Below, in pieces: positions 50,494-59,761 of a stretch of 64,000 nucleotides of DNA. A program made the position numbers and the translations under genes. The stretch lies in contig JBMOPW010000016.1 in NCBI GenBank assembly GCA_049322915.1, positions 259,610 to 323,609 on the forward strand. The letters are read 5' to 3'. This DNA comes from Candidatus Zhuqueibacterota bacterium (GTDB taxonomy: Bacteria > Zhuqueibacterota > Zhuqueibacteria > Thermofontimicrobiales > Thermofontimicrobiaceae). Under the pieces are notes generated by a model. The model was not told the DNA's origin and made no database searches. It saw nothing but the letters and a program-made list of their open reading frames with translations. Each line of letters starts with the position of its first letter. Within the stretch, counting starts at the first letter, position 1.

Positions 50494-51945
50494 ATGAAAA
50501 AAATGATGTTGTTCGTTTTCTGTCTCCTGGTTCTGCCGGCGCTTGTGTGGAGTCAATCCCATTTTTGCGCCGACCATCCTGAAGTCGCAGCCCGGATCGA
50601 ACTTTTCGAATCATGGACCCAATCGAAGATGGATTACGAGAATTTACCCGGGCTCACCGTGGCCATTGTATACGATCAGGAAATAATTTACGCCAGGGGA
50701 TTTGGTTTTGCCGACGTCAAGAACAAGGCGCCGATGACGCCGGAGACGATTTTTCGGATTGCATCCATCACCAAAGTATTCACTTCAACAGCCATTATGC
50801 AGCTTCGGGATGCGGGCAAGCTGAACTTGGATGAGCCCATTTCAAAATATCTTCCCTGGTTCGATATCAAGCATCGCTTCCCGGATGCGCCGGCAATTTC
50901 CATTCGCCATTTGCTGACCCACTCCTCCGGGCTGCCGCGAGAGGCCGCATTCCCCTATTGGACTGACCATAAATTCCCAACCCTGGAGCAGATTAAGGAG
51001 CGGCTGCCGGATCAGGAGACGATTTATCCGTCTGAAACAAAGTGGAAATATTCCAATCTGGGCATGGCATTGCTGGGAGAAGTCGTGGCCGCAGCTTCCG
51101 GAGAAGATTACGAGACGTATATTCAGAATCACATTCTCACGCCATTGAGCATGACCAGCACCAGCGTGAACCTATCGAAAGACCATCTGAAGCGGCTGGC
51201 CGTTGGTTACGGCCGCCGGCTCCCTGATGGCCGGAGAAAGGTCATGGATTTCACCGATTCTCAGGGACTGACGCCGGCGGCCAATATGTCCTCCACGGTG
51301 GAAGATCTGGCGCGATTCGTGTCCCTGCAATTTCGGGGTGGTCGGCCGGACCAGGGGGAGATTTTGAAAGGCAGCACGCTCCGTGAAATGCAACGGGTTC
51401 ATTGGCTGCAGGATAGCTGGAAAAGCGGCTGGGGACTGGGTTTCAGCATTAGCCGGACAAATGATCGGACGCTTGTTGGACATGGCGGTTGGGTCGCCGG
51501 TTATCGGACGCAGATCCTGTTCAGCCCGGCGGATAAAATCGGCGTCATTGTCATGACCAATGCCGAGGATGGTTCACCTGCCATGTTTGCCAATCGAATG
51601 TTCGACCTGGTAGCGTCAGCCATTCAAAACGCGGTCGTTCCAAAACCGGAACCGGCGCAGCCCGACGCTCTCTGGGAGAAGTACGTGGGAACTTATAGCG
51701 ATCCGACCGACTGGGATTATGACGTGCTGGTGATGGATAAAAAACTGGTGCTGTACGGCCATGATTATCCGACAGAGGAAAATCCGGTGGATAATCTGAT
51801 CGAATTGACCCCGGTGGCCGAACATACCTTCCGGATGACGGGAACGAACGGCGATGGCGAATTGCTCTTTTTCGAAATGAACAAGAACGGCGCTGTTGAG
51901 AGAATTAAAATGGGAGAAAATTATATCTACCCGGTGAAACGATAG
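50494..51945 (+). CDS. Secreted serine hydrolase, beta-lactamase class C family, with C-terminal extension
   Basis: Signal peptide from ATG 50494; SITK, YSN, HGG motifs. Confidence 0.88.
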   Translation: MKKMMLFVFCLLVLPALVWSQSHFCADHPEVAARIELFESWTQSKMDYENLPGLTVAIVYDQEIIYARGFGFADVKNKAPMTPETIFRIASITKVFTSTAIMQLRDAGKLNLDEPISKYLPWFDIKHRFPDAPAISIRHLLTHSSGLPREAAFPYWTDHKFPTLEQIKERLPDQETIYPSETKWKYSNLGMALLGEVVAAASGEDYETYIQNHILTPLSMTSTSVNLSKDHLKRLAVGYGRRLPDGRRKVMDFTDSQGLTPAANMSSTVEDLARFVSLQFRGGRPDQGEILKGSTLREMQRVHWLQDSWKSGWGLGFSISRTNDRTLVGHGGWVAGYRTQILFSPADKIGVIVMTNAEDGSPAMFANRMFDLVASAIQNAVVPKPEPAQPDALWEKYVGTYSDPTDWDYDVLVMDKKLVLYGHDYPTEENPVDNLIELTPVAEHTFRMTGTNGDGELLFFEMNKNGAVERIKMGENYIYPVKR

Positions 51946-52078
51946 CGAAGGCGAAGCGGAAAATAACCCGCGGAAGGTTGGTGCGCGCTTTCGCTTCGGG
52001 TAGCCGATGGTGGGCCTGTTCGGGCGCTGCGCAGAGAGACCTGGCCTCAATGATCCGTTTCAAAAACAAAAGGAGTGA

Positions 52079-53071
52079 ATGAAAATGGTCGATGTGTTCA
52101 AACGAATTGGATTTTTTTTGGTGACGATAAGCATCACCGCCGGGATTGTCTGGCTGGTGTTCCTGGACAGGGATTCCCAGAAGGACGTGTTGGATTATTC
52201 GCTGAATTTGCTGGGGAAGAAACTCCTTGCCATGGTGCCGGACGACGAGGAAAAGAAGCAGGTGCAGAAGGTGTACGATGATTTTGTCACCCAGGCGAAA
52301 CAGCAGGAGGTGGCGCCGGAACAGATTGAAACGGTCGCTGCCAATATCCTGAACATCAGCAATACGGAAAAGACGCTGACTTCGGATCAGGCCAGGGCGC
52401 TGCTGGAGATTTCATTGGCCAAATCGGTGAAGATTGAACGAGCTGTCCCCGATTCGTTCGCGCCCCTGCCTGAGGCAGAGACAGCGCCTGTCATTGTCAT
52501 GCCTCCGACGCCCCCTGAAAATGCCGGAGTGATTGCAGAATCCTACCGGGACCTCGGAGAACGGCTGGCCATTATTTATGAGCGCAACAATGAAATGCAG
52601 GAGGCCATTCGAATCTATGCTGAAAAGGTGAAAGACCAGGATTTGTCGGTGATGTATCGCGTGGACAAAGATTTACGACTGGTGGTGGATGAGAAATACA
52701 AAGACCGATTGAAGGAACGAGAATTCACCGCGCTTGCCAGGGAATTGAATCAAGCGGAAAAAAATCGCATGATCATCTGGCACAAAGATACGACCGAACT
52801 CCTTCAAAAAGACAGGGAGAAGTTGCGCGCCGAAATTGCTTCATTGGAACAATTGAAGCAGTTGGAGAAACTGAAGCATCTGGAGAACCTGAAACAACTG
52901 GAGCAATTGGAGGAGTTTAAATCTTTCGATGCGTTGGAATCGCTGGAGTCGCTCAAGAGTCTCGAGGCATTGAAGTTTATTCCTGTATTCAGCGGCGACT
53001 CCATTCGGATTATTGTCGGCTCAGGGCGCATCGCCCCGGATACAACGGCCAGAGCGGATCGGAAACGATAG
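52079..53071 (+). CDS. Membrane-anchored hypothetical protein with (Lxx)15 tripeptide repeat
   Basis: N-terminal TM helix, Pro-rich linker, RBS aaggag; repeat at 52844-52978. Confidence 0.75.
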   Translation: MKMVDVFKRIGFFLVTISITAGIVWLVFLDRDSQKDVLDYSLNLLGKKLLAMVPDDEEKKQVQKVYDDFVTQAKQQEVAPEQIETVAANILNISNTEKTLTSDQARALLEISLAKSVKIERAVPDSFAPLPEAETAPVIVMPPTPPENAGVIAESYRDLGERLAIIYERNNEMQEAIRIYAEKVKDQDLSVMYRVDKDLRLVVDEKYKDRLKEREFTALARELNQAEKNRMIIWHKDTTELLQKDREKLRAEIASLEQLKQLEKLKHLENLKQLEQLEEFKSFDALESLESLKSLEALKFIPVFSGDSIRIIVGSGRIAPDTTARADRKR

Positions 53072-53299
53072 CGGATAATCCGTCAGGCTGCACTCCTTCG
53101 GCTGCGCCGCCTGACGACGTCCATTGCCGGGGACGCAACCGTACCGCGCACGAGCAAATCAATCCCCCTCCATCAAGGCGCACGAAGTGATTTTCATGGG
53201 TGCGCCTCACCCCGCTGTCAGGGCAATAGTGAATTTCCCGGTGCGCCGGGAAATGGCCTGGGACAGGGCGTTTCCGCGTTGAAATAGCGGAAATAATCC

Positions 53300-53352
53300 T
53301 TGACAAAACAGGCGAATTTTAGTATATTGCCACTTCTCACGAAAACGTTTAA
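53300..53352 (+). promoter_or_regulatory. BMC operon promoter with a downstream candidate LacI operator
   Basis: TTGACA-N17-TATATT (53300-53328), then AAAACGTTTAA (53342-53352). Confidence 0.65.
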
Positions 53353-53466
53353 GTAGTCGTTTGATGCATCCAGGACATTGATTCATCCCATTTTCAACCC
53401 ATGACGATTCAGGTCAACTTGTTTGTAATGCAGATGCGGATTCATATTATCACGTAAAGGGCATCT

Positions 53467-54210
53467 ATGTCAGATTTTAAAAGAGCCGCTTCGTATTGTC
53501 AGGATTGCGGCCGGTGCGAGGCGTTGTCGGACAACTTGCCGGCAGGACTGGACGATCATCTTGTGGATTTGATTGTGGATGAAGTCGTTCGGTCGATCTC
53601 TGGCAAATCAGCCCCGGCGACAGACCACCCATTTCCGCTCATTCCGCTGGGCGTATCCAACCACCATTCCCATCTGACCAAAGAAACATTCGAAAAATTA
53701 TTCGGCCCGGGCGTTGAGATTGAAAAATTTCGGCCCCTGTACCAGCCAAGTGAATTTGCTGCTGAGCAGACCATCACCATCGTGGGCTCGAAAATGCGGG
53801 CCATTCAGAATGTCCGAATTCTGGCGCCGCTGCGGTCGTATGATCAGGTGGAGTTGTCCCTCACCGACGCGGTGATGCTTGGCATTAATCCGCCCATTCG
53901 AAATTCCGGCGACTTGAAAGGCGCTGCGCCGCTCACGCTGGTTGGGCCTTACGGCTCCGTATTCCTCAAAGAATGCGCGATCATCGCCAACCGGCATGTG
54001 CACATGCCAGGCGATGTGGCTGCTCAATTTGGCGTCAGGAATGGCGACTTGTGCAAGGTGCGCATCGGTGGGCAAAAAGGGACGATTTTCGAAAATGTTC
54101 TTGTGCGCGTCAACGACGCGTGGAAGCTTCAGATGCATCTGGATACGGATGACGCCAATGCCGCTAATGTTCGCTGCGAAACAAAAGTTGAATTTATCGG
54201 AAAGATGTAG
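53467..54210 (+). CDS. pduL: Phosphate acyltransferase PduL with N-terminal Cys motif and encapsulation peptide
   Basis: GVSNHHSHL, QVELSLTDA, IIANRHVHM, MHLDTDDANA; amphipathic helix LVDLIVDEVVRSI. Confidence 0.92.
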   Translation: MSDFKRAASYCQDCGRCEALSDNLPAGLDDHLVDLIVDEVVRSISGKSAPATDHPFPLIPLGVSNHHSHLTKETFEKLFGPGVEIEKFRPLYQPSEFAAEQTITIVGSKMRAIQNVRILAPLRSYDQVELSLTDAVMLGINPPIRNSGDLKGAAPLTLVGPYGSVFLKECAIIANRHVHMPGDVAAQFGVRNGDLCKVRIGGQKGTIFENVLVRVNDAWKLQMHLDTDDANAANVRCETKVEFIGKM

Positions 54211-54218
54211 GTGATCGG

Positions 54219-54512
54219 ATGAAATTTGCCAGAGTCATCGGCCATGTGATAGCAACCCGGAAAGAGGGTAATGTTCAGGGATTGAAGTTGCTGGTAGTGC
54301 GCTACCTCGACGAGGATCTCAAAGCGACGAAGCAGTCAGCGGTGTGCGTCGATACGGTCGAGGCAAAACCGGGCGATGTGGTGCTGCTCTGTTCTTCGTC
54401 TTCGGCGCGAATGACGAAACGGACGCGCTACGTCTGCACGGATAACACCACTGTGGCCATTGTCGACTCCATTTCTTCCGGGAAAAAAACAACGTTTGAT
54501 GGCAATGCATAG
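54219..54512 (+). CDS. BMC-P vertex protein (EutN/CcmL family) 1
   Basis: M..ARVIG.V.AT.K....GLKLL, VD.V.A..GD.V, SSAR, VAIVD. Confidence 0.9.
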   Translation: MKFARVIGHVIATRKEGNVQGLKLLVVRYLDEDLKATKQSAVCVDTVEAKPGDVVLLCSSSSARMTKRTRYVCTDNTTVAIVDSISSGKKTTFDGNA

Positions 54513-54538
54513 GCTCAGTTTTTACAAAGGAATTTGAT

Positions 54539-54844
54539 TTGGATATTTCCCTGGAAAAATTAATCCAGCTTGTCACCGCGGAAGTGGTTAAGGAACTGAA
54601 AAAACAGGGCGTTCAGGTTGTGTCCGCGGATGGGCGGCCTGTCCACGGGCTCTCTGAAAATGCGCTGCGGACGAAATCTGAACAGATCAATATGGGCGCC
54701 TACAAATCGCCAGTGCTGACCGAGAACCACATTCGAAAGCTTCATGAACTGACTGGCGAAGTGATCATTCCCCGCGGGACCGTGATTACGCCCCGGGCTA
54801 AGGAGTTGATAAAACAAAAGCAATTGATAGTGACCATAAAATAG
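54539..54844 (+). CDS. Small BMC-associated protein: encapsulation peptide plus ITPxA-type domain
   Basis: LEKLIQLVTAEVVKELKKQ helix; VLTE..I...GTVITPRAKELIK; TTG start after aagga. Confidence 0.7.
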   Translation: MDISLEKLIQLVTAEVVKELKKQGVQVVSADGRPVHGLSENALRTKSEQINMGAYKSPVLTENHIRKLHELTGEVIIPRGTVITPRAKELIKQKQLIVTIK

Positions 54845-54884
54845 TAGCACGATGTGACGTTCAAATAAACAAAGGAGAAGTTGC

Positions 54885-55166
54885 ATGGCAAAGAAAGTGG
54901 CATTAGGATTTGTCGAGACGCGCGGTAATACCGGCAGCGTGCTTGCCATTGATGCAATGCTGAAAACAGCATCCGTCGATCTGGTGAAGAAAGTCGAGAT
55001 CGGCGGGGGATACGTGACAGCGATCGTCAGAGGCGAAGTCGGCGCGGTAAAATCATCCGTGGAAGCTGGCGCCGAAGCAGCGGCTCGGATAGGTGAACTG
55101 GTGTGCGCCAATGTCATCCCGTCGGCGCACGAGGATGTGTTTGATTTGATCGGTATTAAAAAATAA
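54885..55166 (+). CDS. BMC-H shell hexamer protein 1
   Basis: ALGFVETRG, DAMLKTA.V, RGEVGAVKSSV, VIPSAH. Confidence 0.95.
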   Translation: MAKKVALGFVETRGNTGSVLAIDAMLKTASVDLVKKVEIGGGYVTAIVRGEVGAVKSSVEAGAEAAARIGELVCANVIPSAHEDVFDLIGIKK

Positions 55167-55180
55167 TCAGAGGAGCGAAC

Positions 55181-55471
55181 ATGCAAGAAGCGTTAGGAGT
55201 GATAGAGACATTAGGATTCGCGACAGCCATTGAAGCTGCCGATGCAGCGGTCAAATCGGCGAACGTGCGTTTGGGCGATTGGGTGAAAGTTGGCGGCGGA
55301 AAAGTGAATATCATCCTCAGAGGCGATGTGGCCGCAGTGAAAGCCGCTGTGGAGGCCGGCGTTGCTTCGGCGTCGCAGGTTGGCGCGGTGCAGGGACAAT
55401 CGATTATTCCGCGACCCTCGCCAAAATTGACTCCGACATTTCCCATTGAAGCGAAAAAGGCGAACGAATAA
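55181..55471 (+). CDS. BMC-H shell hexamer protein 2
   Basis: ALGVIETLG, ADAAVKSANV, RGDVAAVKAAV, IIPRP. Confidence 0.95.
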   Translation: MQEALGVIETLGFATAIEAADAAVKSANVRLGDWVKVGGGKVNIILRGDVAAVKAAVEAGVASASQVGAVQGQSIIPRPSPKLTPTFPIEAKKANE

Positions 55472-55494
55472 TTCTGCAACCATAGAGGGAAATT

Positions 55495-56916
55495 GTGAAT
55501 ATATCGAACGATGAAGTTCAATCCATCGTGAACAGCGTGGTGAAAAATGTGATGAACCAGAAGACGCCAGTCGCGCGACTCCAGCCGTCCAAAGGTGACT
55601 GGGGCGTTTTTGACTCAATGCACGACGCGATTGACGCCGCGCATGCGGCGTTTACCGAGTACCGGAAATTCGACCTGCAATCCCGAAAAAAATTCACGGA
55701 TGCTGTCCGGCGAATGACCCTGGATCACAAGGAAGAGTTCTCGCGGATGACCGTGGAAGAGACAAAGATGGGCCGCGTGGACCATAAAATCAAGAAGCAC
55801 ATCAATGCGGCGGAAAACAGTCCCGGCGTGGAATTTCTTCAGCCAAAGGCCTGGTCGGGCGAGATTGGTCTGGCCATCGATGAATACTCACCCTTCGGCG
55901 TCATCGGCAATATTTCGCCGAGCACGCATCCTGTGCCGACCATGGTGAACAATATCATCATTCAGTTGGCTGCCGGAAATACCATCGCCTTCAATCCCCA
56001 TCCGGCGGCCAAAAAGGTCAATGCGCTGTGCATCCGATTGGCGAATCAGTACATGACCGGCGTTGGCGCGCCAGCCAATCTGGTGACCTGTGTGAGCGAG
56101 CCCACGCTGGAGACCGCCGAAATATTGTTCGGCCATCCCAAAGTGGAATTTCTGTCCGTGACCGGCGGCCCCATGATGGTCGAAATGGCGATGAAATATC
56201 CCAAGAAAATCATCGCGGCCGGGCCGGGCAATCCTCCGGTGCTCATCGATGAAACCGCGGATATCGAGCTGGCCGCAAAGGAAATAACCACCAGCGCCAG
56301 CTTTGACAACAATATTCTGTGCATCGCCGAAAAAGAGATTTTCGTCGTGGACAGCGTCTTCGAAAAATTTATGCGCGCGTTTCAGCAACAGGGCAATGTG
56401 CAATTGACGGCGGGTCAGATGAACCTGTTGGCGCAGAAAGCGCTGACCAAATCCGGCAGTCACTGGATCATCCACCGCGATTACGTGGGGCGCAACGCCA
56501 ATGTGCTGGCAAAAGCGCTGGGGCTGAATCTCTCGGACCAGGTTCCGCTGTTGTTCGGCGAAACCGATCGCAGTCATCCCTGGGTCGTTGCCGAGCAAAT
56601 GACGTCGTGCGTCCCGGTCGTGCGGGTGCGCGATTACGAAGACGGGGTTCAGGCTGCGTTGAAAGCGGAGCACGGCTTCAAACATACGGCCAGCATTTAT
56701 ACCAGCGATATGAAACGGGCGACCGATTACACGCGGCGTCTGGATTGCGATGTGCATACCATCAATGGCGGCACGTTGCGCGGCAATGGCAAATCGTTCG
56801 GCGAAGGCTATTTCTCGCACACCATCGCCACGCCGACCGGGGAGGGCATTTGTACGCCGCTGCATTTCACCCGGAAAAGAAGGATTATGATTGTGGGTTC
56901 GATGCGGTTTGCGTGA
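55495..56916 (+). CDS. CoA-acylating aldehyde dehydrogenase (EutE/PduP family) with N-terminal encapsulation peptide
   Basis: SPFGVIG, VTGG, AGPGNPP, catalytic SFDNNILCIAEK, TIATPTGEG; helix EVQSIVNSVVKNV; GTG start. Confidence 0.93.
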   Translation: MNISNDEVQSIVNSVVKNVMNQKTPVARLQPSKGDWGVFDSMHDAIDAAHAAFTEYRKFDLQSRKKFTDAVRRMTLDHKEEFSRMTVEETKMGRVDHKIKKHINAAENSPGVEFLQPKAWSGEIGLAIDEYSPFGVIGNISPSTHPVPTMVNNIIIQLAAGNTIAFNPHPAAKKVNALCIRLANQYMTGVGAPANLVTCVSEPTLETAEILFGHPKVEFLSVTGGPMMVEMAMKYPKKIIAAGPGNPPVLIDETADIELAAKEITTSASFDNNILCIAEKEIFVVDSVFEKFMRAFQQQGNVQLTAGQMNLLAQKALTKSGSHWIIHRDYVGRNANVLAKALGLNLSDQVPLLFGETDRSHPWVVAEQMTSCVPVVRVRDYEDGVQAALKAEHGFKHTASIYTSDMKRATDYTRRLDCDVHTINGGTLRGNGKSFGEGYFSHTIATPTGEGICTPLHFTRKRRIMIVGSMRFA

Positions 56917-56992
56917 TTCAGTTTATTTAAAAGAAAAACCACAGAGATCGCAGAGAAGGCACAGAGCGCACAAATAAAAGATAAAGAAAATA

Positions 56993-57132
56993 GTCACTAC
57001 TCAGATGACCAGGCTGAAGCATGGCGCTGGTTTAAAATCGTACCGACGCCACGATTTATCGTGGTGTTTAAAAATCAACCAGTCAGCTAACCAGTTTCAG
57101 CGGCTTCTGGAAACCGTGAGCTGAGTCGTTAC
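56993..57132. mobile_element. Possible 140-bp non-autonomous (MITE/REP-like) element
   Basis: Imperfect terminal inverted repeats gtcactactcag / ctgagtcgttac (10/12 match) and an internal hairpin acgccacgat-tt-atcgtggtgt. Confidence 0.4.
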
Positions 57133-57304
57133 AAAAAATATGAGATTTTTTTTAAGGATAAATAAACGGCAAAGGATAATTTCATTTTTATAATCTTTGC
57201 TTCAACATTGAGAACGTTGTGGTTCCTTTGAGCTTGGTGATTAATAAGAAGTAATAAGATACGAAGAAAGATAACTCAAATAAATCGATTTTAAGGAGAA
57301 GAAC

Positions 57305-57580
57305 ATGGCTGAAGTGAAAGCAATTGGCGTTTTGGAAACTCGCGGGTTTGTGCCGCTTATTGAAGGCGCCGATGCGGCTGTCAAATCGGCAGCAGTCGAC
57401 CTGGTCGAGTGGCGGCAGGTTGGCAGTGGTTACGTCTCGTTCATCGTCGAAGGCGAAGTGGCAGCGGTTCGCTCTGCAATTGAAGCAGCCGTGGCCGCTG
57501 CAACGCGCGTCGGCGAAGTGATTTCCGAACTTGTCATTCCGCGGCCGGTGGACGAGTTGAAAACGACCTTTAACTCATAA
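57305..57580 (+). CDS. BMC-H shell hexamer protein 3
   Basis: AIGVLETRG, ADAAVKSA.V, EGEVAAVRSA, VIPRP. Confidence 0.95.
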   Translation: MAEVKAIGVLETRGFVPLIEGADAAVKSAAVDLVEWRQVGSGYVSFIVEGEVAAVRSAIEAAVAAATRVGEVISELVIPRPVDELKTTFNS

Positions 57581-57594
57581 TCGCTGAGGGAAAA

Positions 57595-57876
57595 ATGATT
57601 TTTGCAAAAGTCATTGGCACCGTTGTGTCCACCCAGAAAGATGAAAATCTCAAAGGGATGAAATTGCTGCTGTGCAAAGAAGTCGACCACAACGGAAATC
57701 CACTCAACACCTACCACGTCGCTGTGGATGCAGTGCAGGCCGGGGAAGGCAGTTTTGTCCTGCTTTCGTATGGCTCGTCGGCGCGAATGACCGCGTTCAC
57801 CCGCAACGCCCCGGTCGATGCGGTGGTCATGGCCATCATCGACGATGTTCAGATCACTGAATCGATGGCAGAATGA
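57595..57876 (+). CDS. BMC-P vertex protein (EutN/CcmL family) 2
   Basis: AKVIGTVVSTQKDENLKGMKLL, VAVDAVQAG.G, GSSAR, PVDAVVMAIID. Confidence 0.95.
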   Translation: MIFAKVIGTVVSTQKDENLKGMKLLLCKEVDHNGNPLNTYHVAVDAVQAGEGSFVLLSYGSSARMTAFTRNAPVDAVVMAIIDDVQITESMAE

Positions 57877-57905
57877 ACTCAGCGAAAACGATCGAGGAAT
57901 AGCTG

Positions 57906-58169
57906 ATGAAGTTAGGAAAAATTATCGGAAAAGTCTGGGCAGACCGCAAGGTGGAGGAACTGCACGGCTGCCGGTTGCATATTATCCAGCCAATTTCAAT
58001 GGATGGCAAAAAGGTGGGGCAGCCGTTGGTTGTGGCTGATCCGCAGTCCATCGCCGGCCCGGGGGACGTCGTCGTTTTTGTCACCAACACCGACGCGACC
58101 CAGGCGTTCGATTCCGGCATGGCGCCGGTGAATGCGAGCGTTGTTGAACTTGTCGACTCAATTGATTGA
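57906..58169 (+). CDS. BMC-P vertex protein (EutN/CcmL family) 3
   Basis: GKIIGKVWADRK...L.G..L.IIQP, AGPGD.V, PVNASVVELVD. Confidence 0.88.
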   Translation: MKLGKIIGKVWADRKVEELHGCRLHIIQPISMDGKKVGQPLVVADPQSIAGPGDVVVFVTNTDATQAFDSGMAPVNASVVELVDSID

Positions 58170-58178
58170 GGCTCAACC

Positions 58179-58460
58179 ATGTTTTTAGCCAGAGTGAAAA
58201 AGATTGTAACAGCCACTGAAAAGCACACGGCGTATTCAGCGAAACGAGTTTTCATCGTGAAGCCAGTGTATCCGGATGGCAGGGACAAAGGCGAAGGCAA
58301 CGAATGGGTGGCTGTCGATTACGTCGGCGCCGGCATCGGCGATATGGTGGTATGCGGCGGAGCGCCCGGCGTTGCCGCGGATGTGTTCAAGTTGAAACGC
58401 GCTCCCATCCGAACGTTGATCATGGCGATTGTCGACCGAATTGATTATACTGATTTGTGA
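58179..58460 (+). CDS. BMC-P vertex protein (EutN/CcmL family) 4
   Basis: MFLARV..IVTATEKH, VAVDYVGAGIGD.V, PI..LIMAIVD. Confidence 0.88.
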   Translation: MFLARVKKIVTATEKHTAYSAKRVFIVKPVYPDGRDKGEGNEWVAVDYVGAGIGDMVVCGGAPGVAADVFKLKRAPIRTLIMAIVDRIDYTDL

Positions 58461-59761
58461 TCATGGATTTATTTGAAATTGCAAAAAACGGAGTTGTCGG
58501 CGCTGGCGGAGCCGGATTTCCCACGCACATCAAACTGGATTCCCGCCCGGATACATTGATCATGAACGCGGCTGAATGCGAGCCCCTGCTCCACAAAGAC
58601 ATGGAGATGCTGCGCGCCCATACAGACCGCATTCTGCGCGGATTGGAGATTGCGCTGGATCTGACCGGGGCCGCCGCCGGCATTATTGGCATTAAATCCA
58701 AGCACCGCGACGTTGTGCGCGTGCTGTCGGACAGGGCCCACAGCCGCATTCGGGTGAAAACCCTCGGCGATTTTTATCCGGCCGGCGACGAAATCACGCT
58801 GATTTACCTGACGACCGGTCGCGTTGTGCAGCCCGGGGAACTGCCGATTTCGGTGGGTTGTGTCGTTCAGAACGTGGAGACGCTGTTCAATATCGCCGGT
58901 GATACGCCGGTGGTTGAGAAATTCATTTCCGTGGCCGGAGCGGTCACTGAACCGGCGACTGTGAGAGTGCCCATTGGCATCAGCTATGCGGACGTATTGG
59001 CCAAATTTTCGATTTCAACCCCGGCGTATGTGGTTCGTTCCGGCGGACTGATGATGGGCGTTCTTGAAAAAAATCTCAATCAGGTGGTCGATAAACGGAC
59101 CGGCGCTCTCATCGTTCTGCCGGAGGATCACCACTGCGTCACGATGTACCGGCGATTTGCCACGCCCCACGATACCGACCGCATCGCCAAAGCCGGCTGC
59201 GACCAGTGCACATTCTGCACCGAATTTTGCCCGCGTTATTTGCTGGGCCATCCGGTCCGTCCGGAGACGGCCATGCGCAACCGGATGTTCACTCGCGAGG
59301 AAGAACCCCGCGTGGATCTGGGCTCTGCCTTTTGCTGCGAGTGCAATCTGTGCACCATGTACGCCTGCCCGGAAAGCCTTGATCCCAGAGGCGCCACGGT
59401 CATCGAAAAACGATATGTCATGCAGAAAAAAATGAAATGGGAAGGACGGCCGGTGTCGCCGCATCCCATGATGGATTTCCGAAAAGTGCCCACCAAAAAG
59501 CTGATGCAGCGACTGGATGTATTGAAATTTCAGGATGATGGGCCGCTGTCTGCGCTTGAGTTCGCGCCTCAGAGCGTGCGATTGCCGCTGCGCCAGCACG
59601 TTGGCGCGCCGGCAGTTCCCATTGTTGCCAGAGGAGATGTGGTACAGAAATATGATTTGATAGCGGAAGCCAACGGAAAAATTTCGGCCAATATCCACGC
59701 TTCAATTGACGGACGCGTCACGGACGTCACTCAACATGAAATTGTCATTCAGAGGAATTGA
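58457..59761 (+). CDS. PduS/RnfC-like NADH-linked flavin/Fe-S oxidoreductase
   Basis: GVVGAGGAGFPTHIK, NAAECEPLL, CDQCTFCTEFCP, CCECNLC...CP, LRQHVGAP, HASIDG. Confidence 0.9.
   Translation: MIMDLFEIAKNGVVGAGGAGFPTHIKLDSRPDTLIMNAAECEPLLHKDMEMLRAHTDRILRGLEIALDLTGAAAGIIGIKSKHRDVVRVLSDRAHSRIRVKTLGDFYPAGDEITLIYLTTGRVVQPGELPISVGCVVQNVETLFNIAGDTPVVEKFISVAGAVTEPATVRVPIGISYADVLAKFSISTPAYVVRSGGLMMGVLEKNLNQVVDKRTGALIVLPEDHHCVTMYRRFATPHDTDRIAKAGCDQCTFCTEFCPRYLLGHPVRPETAMRNRMFTREEEPRVDLGSAFCCECNLCTMYACPESLDPRGATVIEKRYVMQKKMKWEGRPVSPHPMMDFRKVPTKKLMQRLDVLKFQDDGPLSALEFAPQSVRLPLRQHVGAPAVPIVARGDVVQKYDLIAEANGKISANIHASIDGRVTDVTQHEIVIQRN

Noticed and set aside
53075..53255. Several GC-rich hairpins before the BMC promoter as a possible riboswitch
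   Set aside because: They lie upstream of the predicted promoter and match no aptamer I know; more likely 3' structures of the preceding gene.
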